A stretch of 64,000 nucleotides of DNA, taken from assembly GCA_016207405.1 (NCBI GenBank), contig JACQPQ010000018.1:20767-84766 (forward strand). The letters are read 5' to 3'. Under the pieces are notes generated by a model. That model was given only the letters and a program-made list of their open reading frames with translations, did not search any database and was not told where the DNA came from. The translations under genes were made by a program, and so were the position numbers. Source of the stretch: Gammaproteobacteria bacterium. Lineage in GTDB: Bacteria > Pseudomonadota > Gammaproteobacteria > JACQPQ01. Shown here piece by piece: positions 19,355 through 30,005 of this stretch (positions are counted from its first letter, which is position 1; each line of letters starts with the position of its first letter).

Positions 19355-20071
19355 TTATGACACTTTTGTTCCTTCTGCCTGTCCACAGGTTACTCTCGCT
19401 AGTGCTCCTGGCTTTTGAATGTTAAACACTTGAATGGGCATGTTATGGTCCCGACAAAGGCATAAAGCAGGGAGGTCCATAACGCCTAATTCTCGTTGGA
19501 TGGCTTCCTGAAAGCTCACTTTTTTGTAAAGCTTGGCTTTTGTATCCTGTTTAGGATCTGCGGTATAAACGCCATCTACGTTGGTTGCTTTAAGGACAAT
19601 ATCCGCTTGGGTTTCTATGGCCCGCAAGCTTGCAGCGGAGTCCGTCGTAAAAAGAGGGTTCCCTGTTCCAGCCGCAAAAATGAGAACTTTACGTTTTGTT
19701 AAAACCTGAATGGCTTGCTGTCGATTATATTTTTCACAAACACCATCAAAAGGAATGGCTGACATGATCTGCGTTGGGATTTTGTGTTGTCCCAAAACAT
19801 CTTGTAAGGCGAGTGCATTGATAAGCGTTGCGAGCATCCCTATGTGATCGGCCGTAACCCGGTCAAGTCCTGTAATCGCTAACTTAGCTCCACGGAAAAA
19901 ATTCCCCCCTCCTATCACAATCCCAATTTGTACATTCAATTCAAAAATGTCATGGATTTCTTTTGCGATGCGGTGTAATACGTTTGAATCAATCCCAAAG
20001 CCATTTTTCCCCATTAAAGCTTCACCGCTCATTTTAAGCAGAATCCGCTTATAAATAGGGGACTTTGTCAT
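19355..20071 (-). CDS. pyrH: UMP kinase
   Basis: KRILLKMSGEAL N-terminus. 238 aa. Confidence 0.95.
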   Translation of the reverse strand: MTKSPIYKRILLKMSGEALMGKNGFGIDSNVLHRIAKEIHDIFELNVQIGIVIGGGNFFRGAKLAITGLDRVTADHIGMLATLINALALQDVLGQHKIPTQIMSAIPFDGVCEKYNRQQAIQVLTKRKVLIFAAGTGNPLFTTDSAASLRAIETQADIVLKATNVDGVYTADPKQDTKAKLYKKVSFQEAIQRELGVMDLPALCLCRDHNMPIQVFNIQKPGALARVTCGQAEGTKVS

Positions 20072-20907
20072 GTAAACTTTTCTCCTAGCTCATAGCGCAC
20101 AAATTGTATAACATGCGCTCCGCCTTCTTTGAGAATTTCCCCAACCGTTTTTGAAGGATCTTTCACGAACTCTTGTGTATTAAGACTAATATCATGGGTA
20201 AACTTTTTGAGTCGCCCTTGCAATATTTTTTGAAGAATGGCTGCGGGTTTTGACTCTTTTTCCACTTGTGCTTGTAATATTTTTTTTTCTTTTTCGAGGC
20301 GCTTTTCACTCACGTCTTCAGGATTTAAAACCTCAGGGTTGCAGGCAGCAATATGCATCGCAATATTGCTCCCAAGCATGGAAGAGCCCGCACTCAACCG
20401 TACCAGAACCCCTATTTTTTTACCATGAAGGTATGTGTAAATGGCTTCTCCTTCCCCTTGGGTTTTTATCAAAACACCTCGACGAATTTGGATGTTCTCA
20501 CCACAACGGAGAATGAGCTCCTGCCTTGCTTGTTCAACAGTATGAGTGCTCGCATTTTGTTCAACAGGCAAGTTCTTGAGTTGTTCGAGATCAGTGTGTG
20601 GATGAGATAACGCGGAGCGGGCAACCTTTTCACCAAAAGATTTGAAAGACGCCTCGTTTGCGACAAAATCGGTCTCGCAGTTAATTTCCAGCATAACGGC
20701 TTGATGAGGCGTTTGCTGAATAAAAATAGCACCTTCGGTCGCAATGCGGCCTGCTTTTTTGGCGGCTTTGATTTGACCGGTGCGACGCATCAGCTCTATG
20801 GCATGTTCCACATCGCCCGCGCTTTCCACGAGCGCTTGTTTGCACTCCATAAGGCCAGCGCCTGTTCGTTCACGAAGTTCTTTTACGAGAGTTGCTGTAA
20901 TTGGCAT
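20068..20907 (-). CDS. tsf: Elongation factor Ts
   Basis: TATLVKELRERTGAGLMECKQAL N-terminus. Confidence 0.95.
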   Translation of the reverse strand: MPITATLVKELRERTGAGLMECKQALVESAGDVEHAIELMRRTGQIKAAKKAGRIATEGAIFIQQTPHQAVMLEINCETDFVANEASFKSFGEKVARSALSHPHTDLEQLKNLPVEQNASTHTVEQARQELILRCGENIQIRRGVLIKTQGEGEAIYTYLHGKKIGVLVRLSAGSSMLGSNIAMHIAACNPEVLNPEDVSEKRLEKEKKILQAQVEKESKPAAILQKILQGRLKKFTHDISLNTQEFVKDPSKTVGEILKEGGAHVIQFVRYELGEKFT

Positions 20908-20910
20908 ATT

Positions 20911-21786
20911 TTAAGTTTCCGTTTTGTGAAGGAGTGAGTCACTTGCCTCTTGATTCAATTCGGGAGGAAGGGGCTCTTCCATTTCCACTTTTTGAGAAAC
21001 TGTTTTCTTACCTTTAGACGTTTTTTTGACCTTCGGAGGCAACTCAGGGTTGTCCTCGGCCGAAGTGCTTGCTTTCTCAAGCGCTGCCTCAATTTCTTTA
21101 AGATGAGCTTCCCGGGTTTCAAGGCAAGCATCTACCACCCCTTTAAGATAAAGTTCAATGGCCTGTGCGGCATCATCATTACCCGGAATAACATAATCCA
21201 CCCAGCTCGGATCGTTATTCGTATCCACAACCCCCACAATCGGCACCCCTAATTTCCTCGCTTCTTTGATGGCAATATGCTCGTGCCCTACATCGATGAC
21301 GAAGAGCGCATCAGGCAAAGTGGTCATATGACGGATCCCCCCCAAACTTCTATTTAATTTTTCCATTTCTCGCGTTAAATTTTGAACTTCTTTACGAGGG
21401 AGTTGTTCAAAAGTCCCCTCTTTACTCATGGTTTCAAGTTCTTCTAATCGCAGAATGGAATTACGAATGGTTTTATAGTTCGTCAGCATGCCGCCTAACC
21501 ACCGATAGTGGACATAGGGCATCCGTAAGCGTTCCGCATGCATCTTTACGAGTTCTCGTGCAGGACGCTTGGTTCCTACGAACAATATGTTCCCTTTTTT
21601 TTCGCAAATTCGTTTAAAAAAATGAATGGCGCGCTGATAAAGAGCGAGCGTTTCTTCTAGATTAATAATGTGGATGTGTTGATAAGTCCCATAAATGTAC
21701 GGCGCCATTTTTGGGTTCCAAAAGGAGGTTTTATGACCAAAGTGAACCCCCGCCTTAAGCATATCTCGCAAAGTGATATCTGACAT
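20911..21786 (-). CDS. rpsB: 30S ribosomal protein S2 with a roughly 50-aa charged C-terminal extension
   Basis: [20 protein letters not shown]-terminus. 291 aa. Confidence 0.95.
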   Translation of the reverse strand: MSDITLRDMLKAGVHFGHKTSFWNPKMAPYIYGTYQHIHIINLEETLALYQRAIHFFKRICEKKGNILFVGTKRPARELVKMHAERLRMPYVHYRWLGGMLTNYKTIRNSILRLEELETMSKEGTFEQLPRKEVQNLTREMEKLNRSLGGIRHMTTLPDALFVIDVGHEHIAIKEARKLGVPIVGVVDTNNDPSWVDYVIPGNDDAAQAIELYLKGVVDACLETREAHLKEIEAALEKASTSAEDNPELPPKVKKTSKGKKTVSQKVEMEEPLPPELNQEASDSLLHKTET

Positions 21787-21936
21787 ATTTTAAAAACTTA
21801 TAGAATTGGGTTAAGCCTCCACCTGCCCCATCTCTCCACTAAGACTTTTTACAGGTCTTAGCACCCAGAGAAATGTGTCGGCACGTGTGTGTTCTGTTAA
21901 AATGCGGTTTATACCACGAAACCTTATCATACAACA

Positions 21937-22689
21937 ATGAGCATTTCTCTAAAAACTCCAGAAGAAATACAAAAAATGCGAATAGCTGGCAAACTTGCCG
22001 CTCGCGTTTTAACCATGATAGAACCTTACGTAAAGGTAGGTATTACCACGAATTTACTCAATGAAATTTGCCACACCTATATTGTCCAAAACCAACATGC
22101 TATTCCAGCACCTTTAAATTACAGGGGGTTTCCAAAATCCATCTGCACTTCTGTGAATCACGTGGTGTGTCATGGGATCCCCGATGACAAACGTCTCCAG
22201 AATGGCGACATTATCAATATTGACGTGACCGTTTTAAAAGACGGCTATCATGGGGATACCAGTCGCATGTTTTTTGTAGGAACGCCTTCTCGCATCGCCC
22301 AAAAATTGGTTGAAGTTACTCAAGAATGTTTGAATTTGGGAATTCAAATCGTACGTCCAGGTACAACCTTAGGCGATATTGGCCATGTTATTCAAACCTA
22401 TGCAGAGCAAGAAGGGTTTTCAGTCGTCAGAGAATATTGCGGTCATGGCATTGGCAAAATGTTTCATGAAGCGCCTCAGGTTTTACACTATGGAAAAAAA
22501 GGGACTGGTCTTGTTTTACAGCCAGGCATGACTTTTACCATTGAGCCTATGGTCAACGCAAAAGGCCACGAAGTTATGCGTCTTTCAGATGGCTGGACTG
22601 TAGTAACGAAAGACCACAGCCTTTCCGCACAGTGGGAACACACCCTTTGTGTAACTAAAAAAGGGGTGGAAATTTTAACTAGTGAGTGA
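21937..22689 (+). CDS. map: Methionine aminopeptidase type I
   Basis: KTPEEIQKMRIAGKLAA N-terminus with metal-binding D/H/E residues. Confidence 0.95.
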   Translation: MSISLKTPEEIQKMRIAGKLAARVLTMIEPYVKVGITTNLLNEICHTYIVQNQHAIPAPLNYRGFPKSICTSVNHVVCHGIPDDKRLQNGDIINIDVTVLKDGYHGDTSRMFFVGTPSRIAQKLVEVTQECLNLGIQIVRPGTTLGDIGHVIQTYAEQEGFSVVREYCGHGIGKMFHEAPQVLHYGKKGTGLVLQPGMTFTIEPMVNAKGHEVMRLSDGWTVVTKDHSLSAQWEHTLCVTKKGVEILTSE

Positions 22690-22756
22690 TTACGATTACA
22701 GATTTTTAAAATTTATTTTGCAAGGGGGCGAGCAGTTGCGTTTGAGAAACAAAAGT

Positions 22757-25700
22757 TTATCTCGTGTGGGTTCTTTGTTTCCACAACGCATATACCGCTG
22801 GAATGACTATTAAAGCAAGAAGAGTGGCGCTTACCATTCCACCTACCATGGGGGCCGCAATGCGACGCATCACCTCAGAGCCGGTGCCGCTCCCCCACAT
22901 AATCGGCAAGAGCCCCATGATAATAGCAAATACAGTCATCATGATGGGACGTACGCGGAGCAAGGCACCCCGCATCACCGCCTCGTTCAGATCAGCTTCT
23001 GAAAATGGCTGGCCGCTTGCCTTTCGCTCAAGCGCAATCGCTTTGTGAGCGTGGTTAATATAGAGCACCATGATGACGCCAATCTCTGCCGCTACGCCCG
23101 ATAGCGCGATAAAGCCTACGGTTACCGCGACCGATAGGTTATAGTCAAGCCACCACAGTAGCCACACGCCCCCAACCGCAGCAAAGGGTACCGAAAGCAT
23201 CACAATCAGAGTTTCCGTCACGCGCATGAAGTTAAGAAATAGTAACAAGAAAATGATGAGAAGTGTGATCGGTATGACGATTTTCATTTTTGCAGCAGCA
23301 CGTTCCATATACTCAAACTGCCCGCTCCAGGTTATGTAGTACCCTGGTGGGAATTTTACCTTCTCCGTTACTGCTTTGCGCGCATCCGCCACATAGGATC
23401 CGATATCACGGTCTCGGATATCTACAAAAATATAGGCAGAAAGAAGTGCATTCTCGGTGCGGATGGCAGGTGCACCTTTGACTATCTTAACTTCGGCGAG
23501 TTGCCCCAGTGGGATCATCGCGCCATCCATGTTCGGGATGAGGACTTCACGAGCAATCGCTTGTAAATTCCCCCGCAACTCGCGCGGGTAGCGGACAATC
23601 ACACCAAAGCGTTCGCGCCCTTCTACTGTCGTTGTGACCATTTCACCACCCAATGCCGTAGAAACAACGTCTTGCAATTCACCTACACCTAGTCCATAGC
23701 GCGCCAGAGCCTCCCGATTCGGCTCAATATCAAGGTAAAAGCCGCCGGTAATACGCTCTGCAAAAACACTGGTTGTACCGGGGACTTGTTTTACAATCGC
23801 CTCAATATCGCGAGCCACGCGCTCTATCCCACCCAAATCTTTACCGAACACCTTAATGCCAATGGGAGTTCGGATCCCCGTTGCGAGCATGTCGAGGCGC
23901 GCCTTGATTGGCATGGTCCACGAATTAGCAATGCCTGGAAATTGCAACGCCTTGTCCATTTCTGAAATCAATTTACTTGTGGTCATGCCGTCGCGCCATG
24001 CTGTTTCCGGTTTGAGATTGATCACCGTCTCGAACATTTCGAGCGGTGCTGGATCCAGAGCCGTTTGCGCGCGCCCTGCTTTTCCATACACGGAAGCGAC
24101 TTCTGGAAAACTTTTTATGATCTTATTCTGCGTCTGCAAAACTTCCACCGCTTTGGTAATAGACATAGCCGGGAGCGATGCCGGCATGTAAAACAGAGTG
24201 CCCTCATTTAAGGTTGGCATAAACTCGGAGCCTAGTCGATGCGCGGGATAAATACTTAAGCCAAATACCACAAGGGCACCTACGAGAGTTGTTTTTTTCC
24301 AGTGCATGACGGTTGCGAGGACGGGGCGATAAATCCAGATCAAAAAGCGGTTCAGCGGATTTTTGTGTTCTGGCATGATTTTGCCGCGTATAAATAGCCC
24401 CATTAACACCGGAACCAGTGTGATAGACAAAAGAGCCGCACCAGCCATGGAAAAGGTCTTTGTAAAGGCAAGAGGGGCGAACAGTCGCCCTTCTTGCGCC
24501 TCCAGCGTGAACACGGGCAAGAATGACACGGTAATGATGAGTAATGAGAAAAACAATGCCGGACCGACTTCTTTGCATGCGGCTAACATGGCTTCAAGGC
24601 GCGAGCCTCCTTCTTTCAGCCGCTCCAGATGCTTGTGTGCGTTCTCAATCATCACAATCGCGGCGTCTACCATTGCGCCAATGGCAATCGCAATTCCACC
24701 GAGACTCATAATGTTGGAATTCATGCCGAGGACACGCATGGAAATGAAGGCGATAAGAATACCGATGGGCAACATCACGATGGCAACTAAAGCACTACGC
24801 ACATGCATTAAGAACACGATACACACCAGAGCAACGATAATACTTTCCTCAAGCAACGTGTTTTTTAGATTTTTGATAGCGCGGTAAATGAGTTCGGAAC
24901 GGTCATAAACCGTTTCGATCGTAACGCCTTCTGGCAAGCCAGACGCAATTTCAGAAATCTTAGCCTTGACGTTTTGAATGACCTTAAGTGCGTTCTCGCC
25001 ATACCGTGCCGTTACGATGCCGGATACCACTTCCCCTTCACCGTTTAACTCAGTAAGGCCTCGCCGCTCGTCTGGAACAAGCTCAACACGGGCAATATCG
25101 CGAATGAAGACCGGCGTACCCTGCTCTGCTTTGACGACGAGATCTTCGATATCGCCTATGCCTCGGAGATACCCTTTGCCGCGTACCATATACTCGGTTT
25201 CGGTCATTTCCAGTACACGCCCGCCCACATCACGGTTGGACTCGCGGATCACCTGTACCACCTTATTGAGTGGAATGTTATAGGCGCGGAGCTTCACCGG
25301 ATCCACCGCAACTTGGTATTGCTGCACAAAACCGCCGACGGAAGCGACTTCGGATACCCCCTCGGCTTTGGTGAGCTGATAACGTAGATACCAATCCTGG
25401 ATGGTACGCAATTCGGCGAGTGACTTGTTCACCCCGATGACTGCATACTGATAGACCCAACCCACCCCCGTCGCATCGGGTCCAATCTGCGGTGTAATGC
25501 CCCTGGGCAATTTACCAGCCGCGAAGTTAAGGTACTCAATGACACGAGAACGTGCCCAGTAGATGTCAGTGCCATCCTCGAAGATGACATACACAAAGGA
25601 AGCACCGAAAACCGAAAAGCCTCGTACCACCTTGGATTTCGGCACTGAAATCATACTCGTTGCCAGCGGATAGGTGACTTGATCTTCCACCACTTGTGGG

Positions 25701-25870
25701 GCTTGTCCGGGATATTCCGTAAAGACGATTACCTGCACATCCGACAAATCCGGCAAAGCATCCAGTGGGGTTTTGACGATGGCATAAATGCCTGTCAATG
25801 TGATGAGAATCGCGGTAAAAATCACCAGAAAACGGTTCTTTGCTGACCAGGTTATGATAGCGTTTAACAT
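22757..25870 (-). CDS. Heavy-metal efflux RND permease of the CzcA/CusA family
   Basis: More than 1000 aa with 12 TM helices. The NRFLV...ALPDLSDVQV N-terminus is typical of the HME-RND family. The start at 25870 overlaps the end of the adaptor gene. Confidence 0.9.
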   Translation of the reverse strand: MLNAIITWSAKNRFLVIFTAILITLTGIYAIVKTPLDALPDLSDVQVIVFTEYPGQAPQVVEDQVTYPLATSMISVPKSKVVRGFSVFGASFVYVIFEDGTDIYWARSRVIEYLNFAAGKLPRGITPQIGPDATGVGWVYQYAVIGVNKSLAELRTIQDWYLRYQLTKAEGVSEVASVGGFVQQYQVAVDPVKLRAYNIPLNKVVQVIRESNRDVGGRVLEMTETEYMVRGKGYLRGIGDIEDLVVKAEQGTPVFIRDIARVELVPDERRGLTELNGEGEVVSGIVTARYGENALKVIQNVKAKISEIASGLPEGVTIETVYDRSELIYRAIKNLKNTLLEESIIVALVCIVFLMHVRSALVAIVMLPIGILIAFISMRVLGMNSNIMSLGGIAIAIGAMVDAAIVMIENAHKHLERLKEGGSRLEAMLAACKEVGPALFFSLLIITVSFLPVFTLEAQEGRLFAPLAFTKTFSMAGAALLSITLVPVLMGLFIRGKIMPEHKNPLNRFLIWIYRPVLATVMHWKKTTLVGALVVFGLSIYPAHRLGSEFMPTLNEGTLFYMPASLPAMSITKAVEVLQTQNKIIKSFPEVASVYGKAGRAQTALDPAPLEMFETVINLKPETAWRDGMTTSKLISEMDKALQFPGIANSWTMPIKARLDMLATGIRTPIGIKVFGKDLGGIERVARDIEAIVKQVPGTTSVFAERITGGFYLDIEPNREALARYGLGVGELQDVVSTALGGEMVTTTVEGRERFGVIVRYPRELRGNLQAIAREVLIPNMDGAMIPLGQLAEVKIVKGAPAIRTENALLSAYIFVDIRDRDIGSYVADARKAVTEKVKFPPGYYITWSGQFEYMERAAAKMKIVIPITLLIIFLLLFLNFMRVTETLIVMLSVPFAAVGGVWLLWWLDYNLSVAVTVGFIALSGVAAEIGVIMVLYINHAHKAIALERKASGQPFSEADLNEAVMRGALLRVRPIMMTVFAIIMGLLPIMWGSGTGSEVMRRIAAPMVGGMVSATLLALIVIPAVYALWKQRTHTR

Positions 25871-25871
25871 A

Positions 25872-27146
25872 TCAGTGTTCTGAATGCCCCAGCCCACCGA
25901 GTGCTGCCTTAAGGTTGCTCTCTGCATCGATCAGAAAGTTAGCAGAGACAACCACTCGCTCTCCCTCGGCAACGCCATCCCTAATTTCTACAGTACTGTC
26001 GCTCCGCATACCCAATGTGACCGTGCGTACTCCGAAACGTCCTTCTGCCACTTGCACCAGTACGATTTGGCGCGTGCCGCTATCCAGAACTGCAGAAGTG
26101 GGTACAGTCAGCACCTTCTTCTTGTCAGCGACTGGGATCTCAACCTCGGCAAACATGGCAGGCTTGAGCAGGCCTTTTGGATTTGAGATCTCCAGTCGAA
26201 CAGGAACGGTACGGGTTGCCGAATTCAGAGTGGGATAAACATAAGTGATCTCCCCTTCTAGGAGTGTGTTGGGATAAGCCGTTACCTTCACCTTAGCCTT
26301 AGCCCCTGTCTTAACGAGCGCAATATCTTGTTCAAAGACGTCGGCTATCACCCATACGGTGGCAAGATCGGCTATCTGATATAGCATTTCGCCTGGCATG
26401 AAGCGCATTCCCTGTACGGCTTTTTTCTCCAGCACAATCCCAGAGACAGGGGCACGGAAGGTTAAGGTTCTCTGGGGCGTTTCAGATTGAGTCAGTCTCT
26501 TTACCTCTTCATCTGAAATATCCCAGTTCTTAAGGCGTAGCAGACTGGCCTCGGCGAGCGCCTGCATACTTTGCTGGGTACGGTCGTCCGCGTCTTTTAA
26601 CGATACAACACCTTGCGTAGCAATATGATATTCACGCTGCGCAGAAACGAGTTCCGGGCTATACACGTCGAATAATGCCTGCCCCTTAGCGACTAACTCC
26701 CCAGTCGTGTTCACATGCAATTTTTCTATCCATCCCTCAAACTTTGGAGCAATGGTGTAGAGCTTCCGCTCATTGGCTTCCACCCTACCAAAAGTACGTA
26801 CCGTTTTATCCAACACGCGCATCGCTACCTGTTCGGTTTTTACACCCAGTTTTTGCACTTTTTCAATGCTGATCTTGATTGAATGGCCGTTCGGTTGTGT
26901 ATCCTCTCCTTCATACACCGCCACATAATCCATACCCATTAAATCTTTCTTAGGCACGGGGGAAGTATCGGGCAAGCCCATAGAATTTCGGTAATATAAA
27001 ATTTTTCTGGCGGATCCTTTTTTCAGATCTCCTCCGTCTGGTGAGGAGATTTTCTCTTGCTTCTGACTTGTCCACCAATAGCCGATTCCTCCAGCCATAA
27101 GGGTTACGACGAGAACCCACAGCATCCTTTTCGTTACTTGCTTCAT
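25872..27146 (-). CDS. RND efflux periplasmic adaptor of the CzcB/CusB family
   Basis: Membrane-fusion-protein architecture, located upstream of the RND pump. Confidence 0.85.
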   Translation of the reverse strand: MKQVTKRMLWVLVVTLMAGGIGYWWTSQKQEKISSPDGGDLKKGSARKILYYRNSMGLPDTSPVPKKDLMGMDYVAVYEGEDTQPNGHSIKISIEKVQKLGVKTEQVAMRVLDKTVRTFGRVEANERKLYTIAPKFEGWIEKLHVNTTGELVAKGQALFDVYSPELVSAQREYHIATQGVVSLKDADDRTQQSMQALAEASLLRLKNWDISDEEVKRLTQSETPQRTLTFRAPVSGIVLEKKAVQGMRFMPGEMLYQIADLATVWVIADVFEQDIALVKTGAKAKVKVTAYPNTLLEGEITYVYPTLNSATRTVPVRLEISNPKGLLKPAMFAEVEIPVADKKKVLTVPTSAVLDSGTRQIVLVQVAEGRFGVRTVTLGMRSDSTVEIRDGVAEGERVVVSANFLIDAESNLKAALGGLGHSEH

Positions 27147-28471
27147 AGTAGGTCTTCTCCCACCAATCGTTCGATTTGGGCCAAACGCATCCGTGCCTCC
27201 GTCTGGGCTTTTAATATTTCCAGGTTAGCATTCAAGATTTGTCGTGCCGCATCCAATAATGTCGCAAAATCTACTTTGCCAGTCTGGTAACCGATCAATG
27301 CCGATTCAAAGGTGACCTTCGCTTGCGGCAACAAGCCGCTTGTACTCAGCAACTCCGTACGTTCTGCTGCAACAATACCAGACAAGTGTTCGGTTAAAAG
27401 AGACAGAACGCGATTGAGGGTCGCTTCCTTGCGCGCCTTAGCAGCGACTAGCATTGCCTCCGATTCACGCTCCTCAAACCGGCGTGTTTCGAGTTGCAAT
27501 GGAATATTGAGTTCGAACATCACACCCCATTCGCGCACGGCGGTGTCGACTTGGGTTGGAGAAACCCCCAACACAAAATCAGGGTAACGGTTTTTGTATA
27601 CGAGTTTTCGCTTTTTTTCACTTGCGTGAATTGCGGCTTCATCTATAAATAAATCTGGATTGTGTTCACGAATACGATTTTCGAGTGCAGTATAGTTTTC
27701 CAAACGAGCTGTTGCGGGGATGCTAGGTAAGCGTTCTGGTGTGGCAAGCGGGGAAGTTATTGGACGCGACAACAAAGCATTTAGGTGGGATACAACTTGT
27801 CGCTCTGTATTGTCTAGCTCGATAAGAGTGGTTTTTATAACTGTTTGTTCAACTTGCGCGCGCACCGCATCTTGTTGTGCGGCAAGTCCGTTGGCATAGC
27901 GTATCTCGGCAACTTTCTCCATTTGCACCATGAGATCAAGGAGGGAATGGGTAATTTTTTGGCTCTTCGCAACATAGTAATACTGTGCATAAGACGATTT
28001 GATTTGCGTAGATAATTCCGCCCAGGTGGTCGTGGTTCGTGCAAGCGCTTCGTCTGCCTCCGCCTCGGCGAGGCCACGCCTAAGGCCACGCTTACCAAAC
28101 CACGGTACACTTTGCATCAGCTGATAGCGGGTACTTCCCACTTCGGATGGCAGCAAACTCGTTCTTTTGTTTGTTTCCCGATTGCTAATATCCATTAACT
28201 CCGTACGGAATATTGGATCGGGTAGATTATCTGCTGGGGGAATGCGCGTTTTTGCGGCGTCCGCCTCATGTCGCATGGCTCTTAGTTCTGGATTATATTC
28301 TTGTGCATAGGCGAGAAGAGGAGCGAGTTCGGAACCTAACAATAGATCTTCAGTTTGGACGACTGATTCAGAAGGCGCATCAGGAGGATCATTTGTTTGT
28401 TTGGCCTGGCCAGTTGCCAAGGGTAGCGAGAGGATGAGGGCTAATATCCAAAGAAGCATACAAAAGTCCAT
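27143..28471 (-). CDS. Outer-membrane efflux protein of the CzcC/TolC family
   Basis: Signal peptide and two OEP repeats. First gene of the three-gene operon. Confidence 0.85.
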   Translation of the reverse strand: MDFCMLLWILALILSLPLATGQAKQTNDPPDAPSESVVQTEDLLLGSELAPLLAYAQEYNPELRAMRHEADAAKTRIPPADNLPDPIFRTELMDISNRETNKRTSLLPSEVGSTRYQLMQSVPWFGKRGLRRGLAEAEADEALARTTTTWAELSTQIKSSYAQYYYVAKSQKITHSLLDLMVQMEKVAEIRYANGLAAQQDAVRAQVEQTVIKTTLIELDNTERQVVSHLNALLSRPITSPLATPERLPSIPATARLENYTALENRIREHNPDLFIDEAAIHASEKKRKLVYKNRYPDFVLGVSPTQVDTAVREWGVMFELNIPLQLETRRFEERESEAMLVAAKARKEATLNRVLSLLTEHLSGIVAAERTELLSTSGLLPQAKVTFESALIGYQTGKVDFATLLDAARQILNANLEILKAQTEARMRLAQIERLVGEDLL

Positions 28472-28607
28472 TTTTTTCTAAGACCATTGTATCTATAGAA
28501 TGGGACGCTCGCAAAGGCCTCTTTTCCTTTTCATCTTTTTACCGCCATGTTAATGTCTATTTGCTTTATGGTGGGGAGCAACCCAAAAAATAACTTGGAG
28601 GAACTCA

Positions 28608-29075
28608 ATGCTTGTTCAAGAATGGCGAGAAGGTGATTATCTAGTTTCAACTGATCTGAAAAAATTGGATATTGCCTGTATTCACTTTGAACTGTCACAT
28701 AGTTACTGGGCAGAGAAAATTTCTAGACACTTAGTAGAAAAATCAATCCAAAATTCACTTTGTTTTGGAGCGTACCACGCTGCTTCCGGGACACTGGTTG
28801 GGTTTGGAAGAGTGGTTTCCGATTTTGCGACTTTTGCCTACCTGGGCGATGTTTTTGTACTTTCTGAACATCGAGGAAGGGGCATTTCTAAGTTTCTAAT
28901 GCAATGCATTATGAAACACCCAGAACTTCAGGGGCTTCGGCGCTTTTGCCTTGGCACCAAAGATGCACATACACTTTATCAGAGGTTTGGCTTTAAGGTG
29001 GTCAAAGAGCCGAATAACTGGATGGAAATTAACGTCGAAGATATTTATCTGCAAAAACCTTCTGTGCCAATGTAA
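28608..29075 (+). CDS. GNAT family N-acetyltransferase
   Basis: Acetyl-CoA motif region SEHRGRGISKFLM. 155 aa. Confidence 0.75.
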   Translation: MLVQEWREGDYLVSTDLKKLDIACIHFELSHSYWAEKISRHLVEKSIQNSLCFGAYHAASGTLVGFGRVVSDFATFAYLGDVFVLSEHRGRGISKFLMQCIMKHPELQGLRRFCLGTKDAHTLYQRFGFKVVKEPNNWMEINVEDIYLQKPSVPM

Positions 29076-29235
29076 CTGCTTCAATCCGAATGACAAGGGA
29101 GTCACTAATGGTGTGAGCAGTTACCAATAAAATAAAGTAAACTGCGGAATTTGGATGTTTTTACAACTTTTAAAGAACTCCATTGTGGAGTTCCTGTAGG
29201 TCAAGTTTCTTTTTTTATGAAGAAAGGAGTTACCT

Positions 29236-29961
29236 ATGCGTAACTTCTCTGTTTTTCTTATTGGAGGCATTTTTTGCCTCCTTTCGGTTTCTTATGCAGG
29301 TGAAAAAGAAAACCTGCAAAAAGCCATCGCTTCCTTGCTCAGGTGCGTCACCTTAAATGACGTCCGCGAAACTATCCTGGGGCTCAAGCCCTTATGGCAA
29401 GATTTTAGGGCTGAGCTGGAAGCTGTCAAAGCGCTCCCGCTCGACACGAGCGAGCAGCTGCAGGCTGCACAAAAGCGCTATGAGGCCGTGAAATTTTCAG
29501 TTACAAAACTGGAAACCCGCATATTGATTGCGGTGACCATCGCCGGATACGAAATAAACGAAAACCTGTTCTCTGCAGAAGAGAAAAAGGTTGCACTGAC
29601 CAAGCTTTTCCGGCTGGCGAACGACCTAGAAAAATTCCAGATAGGAGATCCGTGGACTAGTTTCACTCGCATCAAGGCGCCGCTCATCGGACTTAGGAAG
29701 GCGCACACCTCTGTGCACCAATATACTGCTTGGTTTTATATCCAGCGCCTAGAACAAGGCAACCAGCAGTTGATAACCTGGTGGGAACAAAACGGCAAGC
29801 CTGCCGAAGGACTTGAAAAACTCAAGTCCATCCAGCAGCAGCTGAAGGAGGCGGCACCTTGTGCAGAAAACACCGATCCACGGCAGCTAGAAGGGCTGCA
29901 CCTCCGACTCATGGTGTGGGATTGCGAGAGCACATATAGTCTTCCCGAAGGCCCTAATTAA
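29236..29961 (+). CDS. Hypothetical secreted protein
   Basis: Signal peptide; no recognisable domain. Confidence 0.4.
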   Translation: MRNFSVFLIGGIFCLLSVSYAGEKENLQKAIASLLRCVTLNDVRETILGLKPLWQDFRAELEAVKALPLDTSEQLQAAQKRYEAVKFSVTKLETRILIAVTIAGYEINENLFSAEEKKVALTKLFRLANDLEKFQIGDPWTSFTRIKAPLIGLRKAHTSVHQYTAWFYIQRLEQGNQQLITWWEQNGKPAEGLEKLKSIQQQLKEAAPCAENTDPRQLEGLHLRLMVWDCESTYSLPEGPN

Positions 29962-30005
29962 GCACCCACCAGGCGGAACCCATGGGTTCCGCCTAGTGAA
30001 CGAGC

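Noticed and set aside
22764-25460. Several + strand ORFs of 60-174 aa within the RND pump gene
   Set aside because: They are antisense frames of a GC-rich 1037-aa transporter gene. These are typical spurious long ORFs in high-GC DNA.
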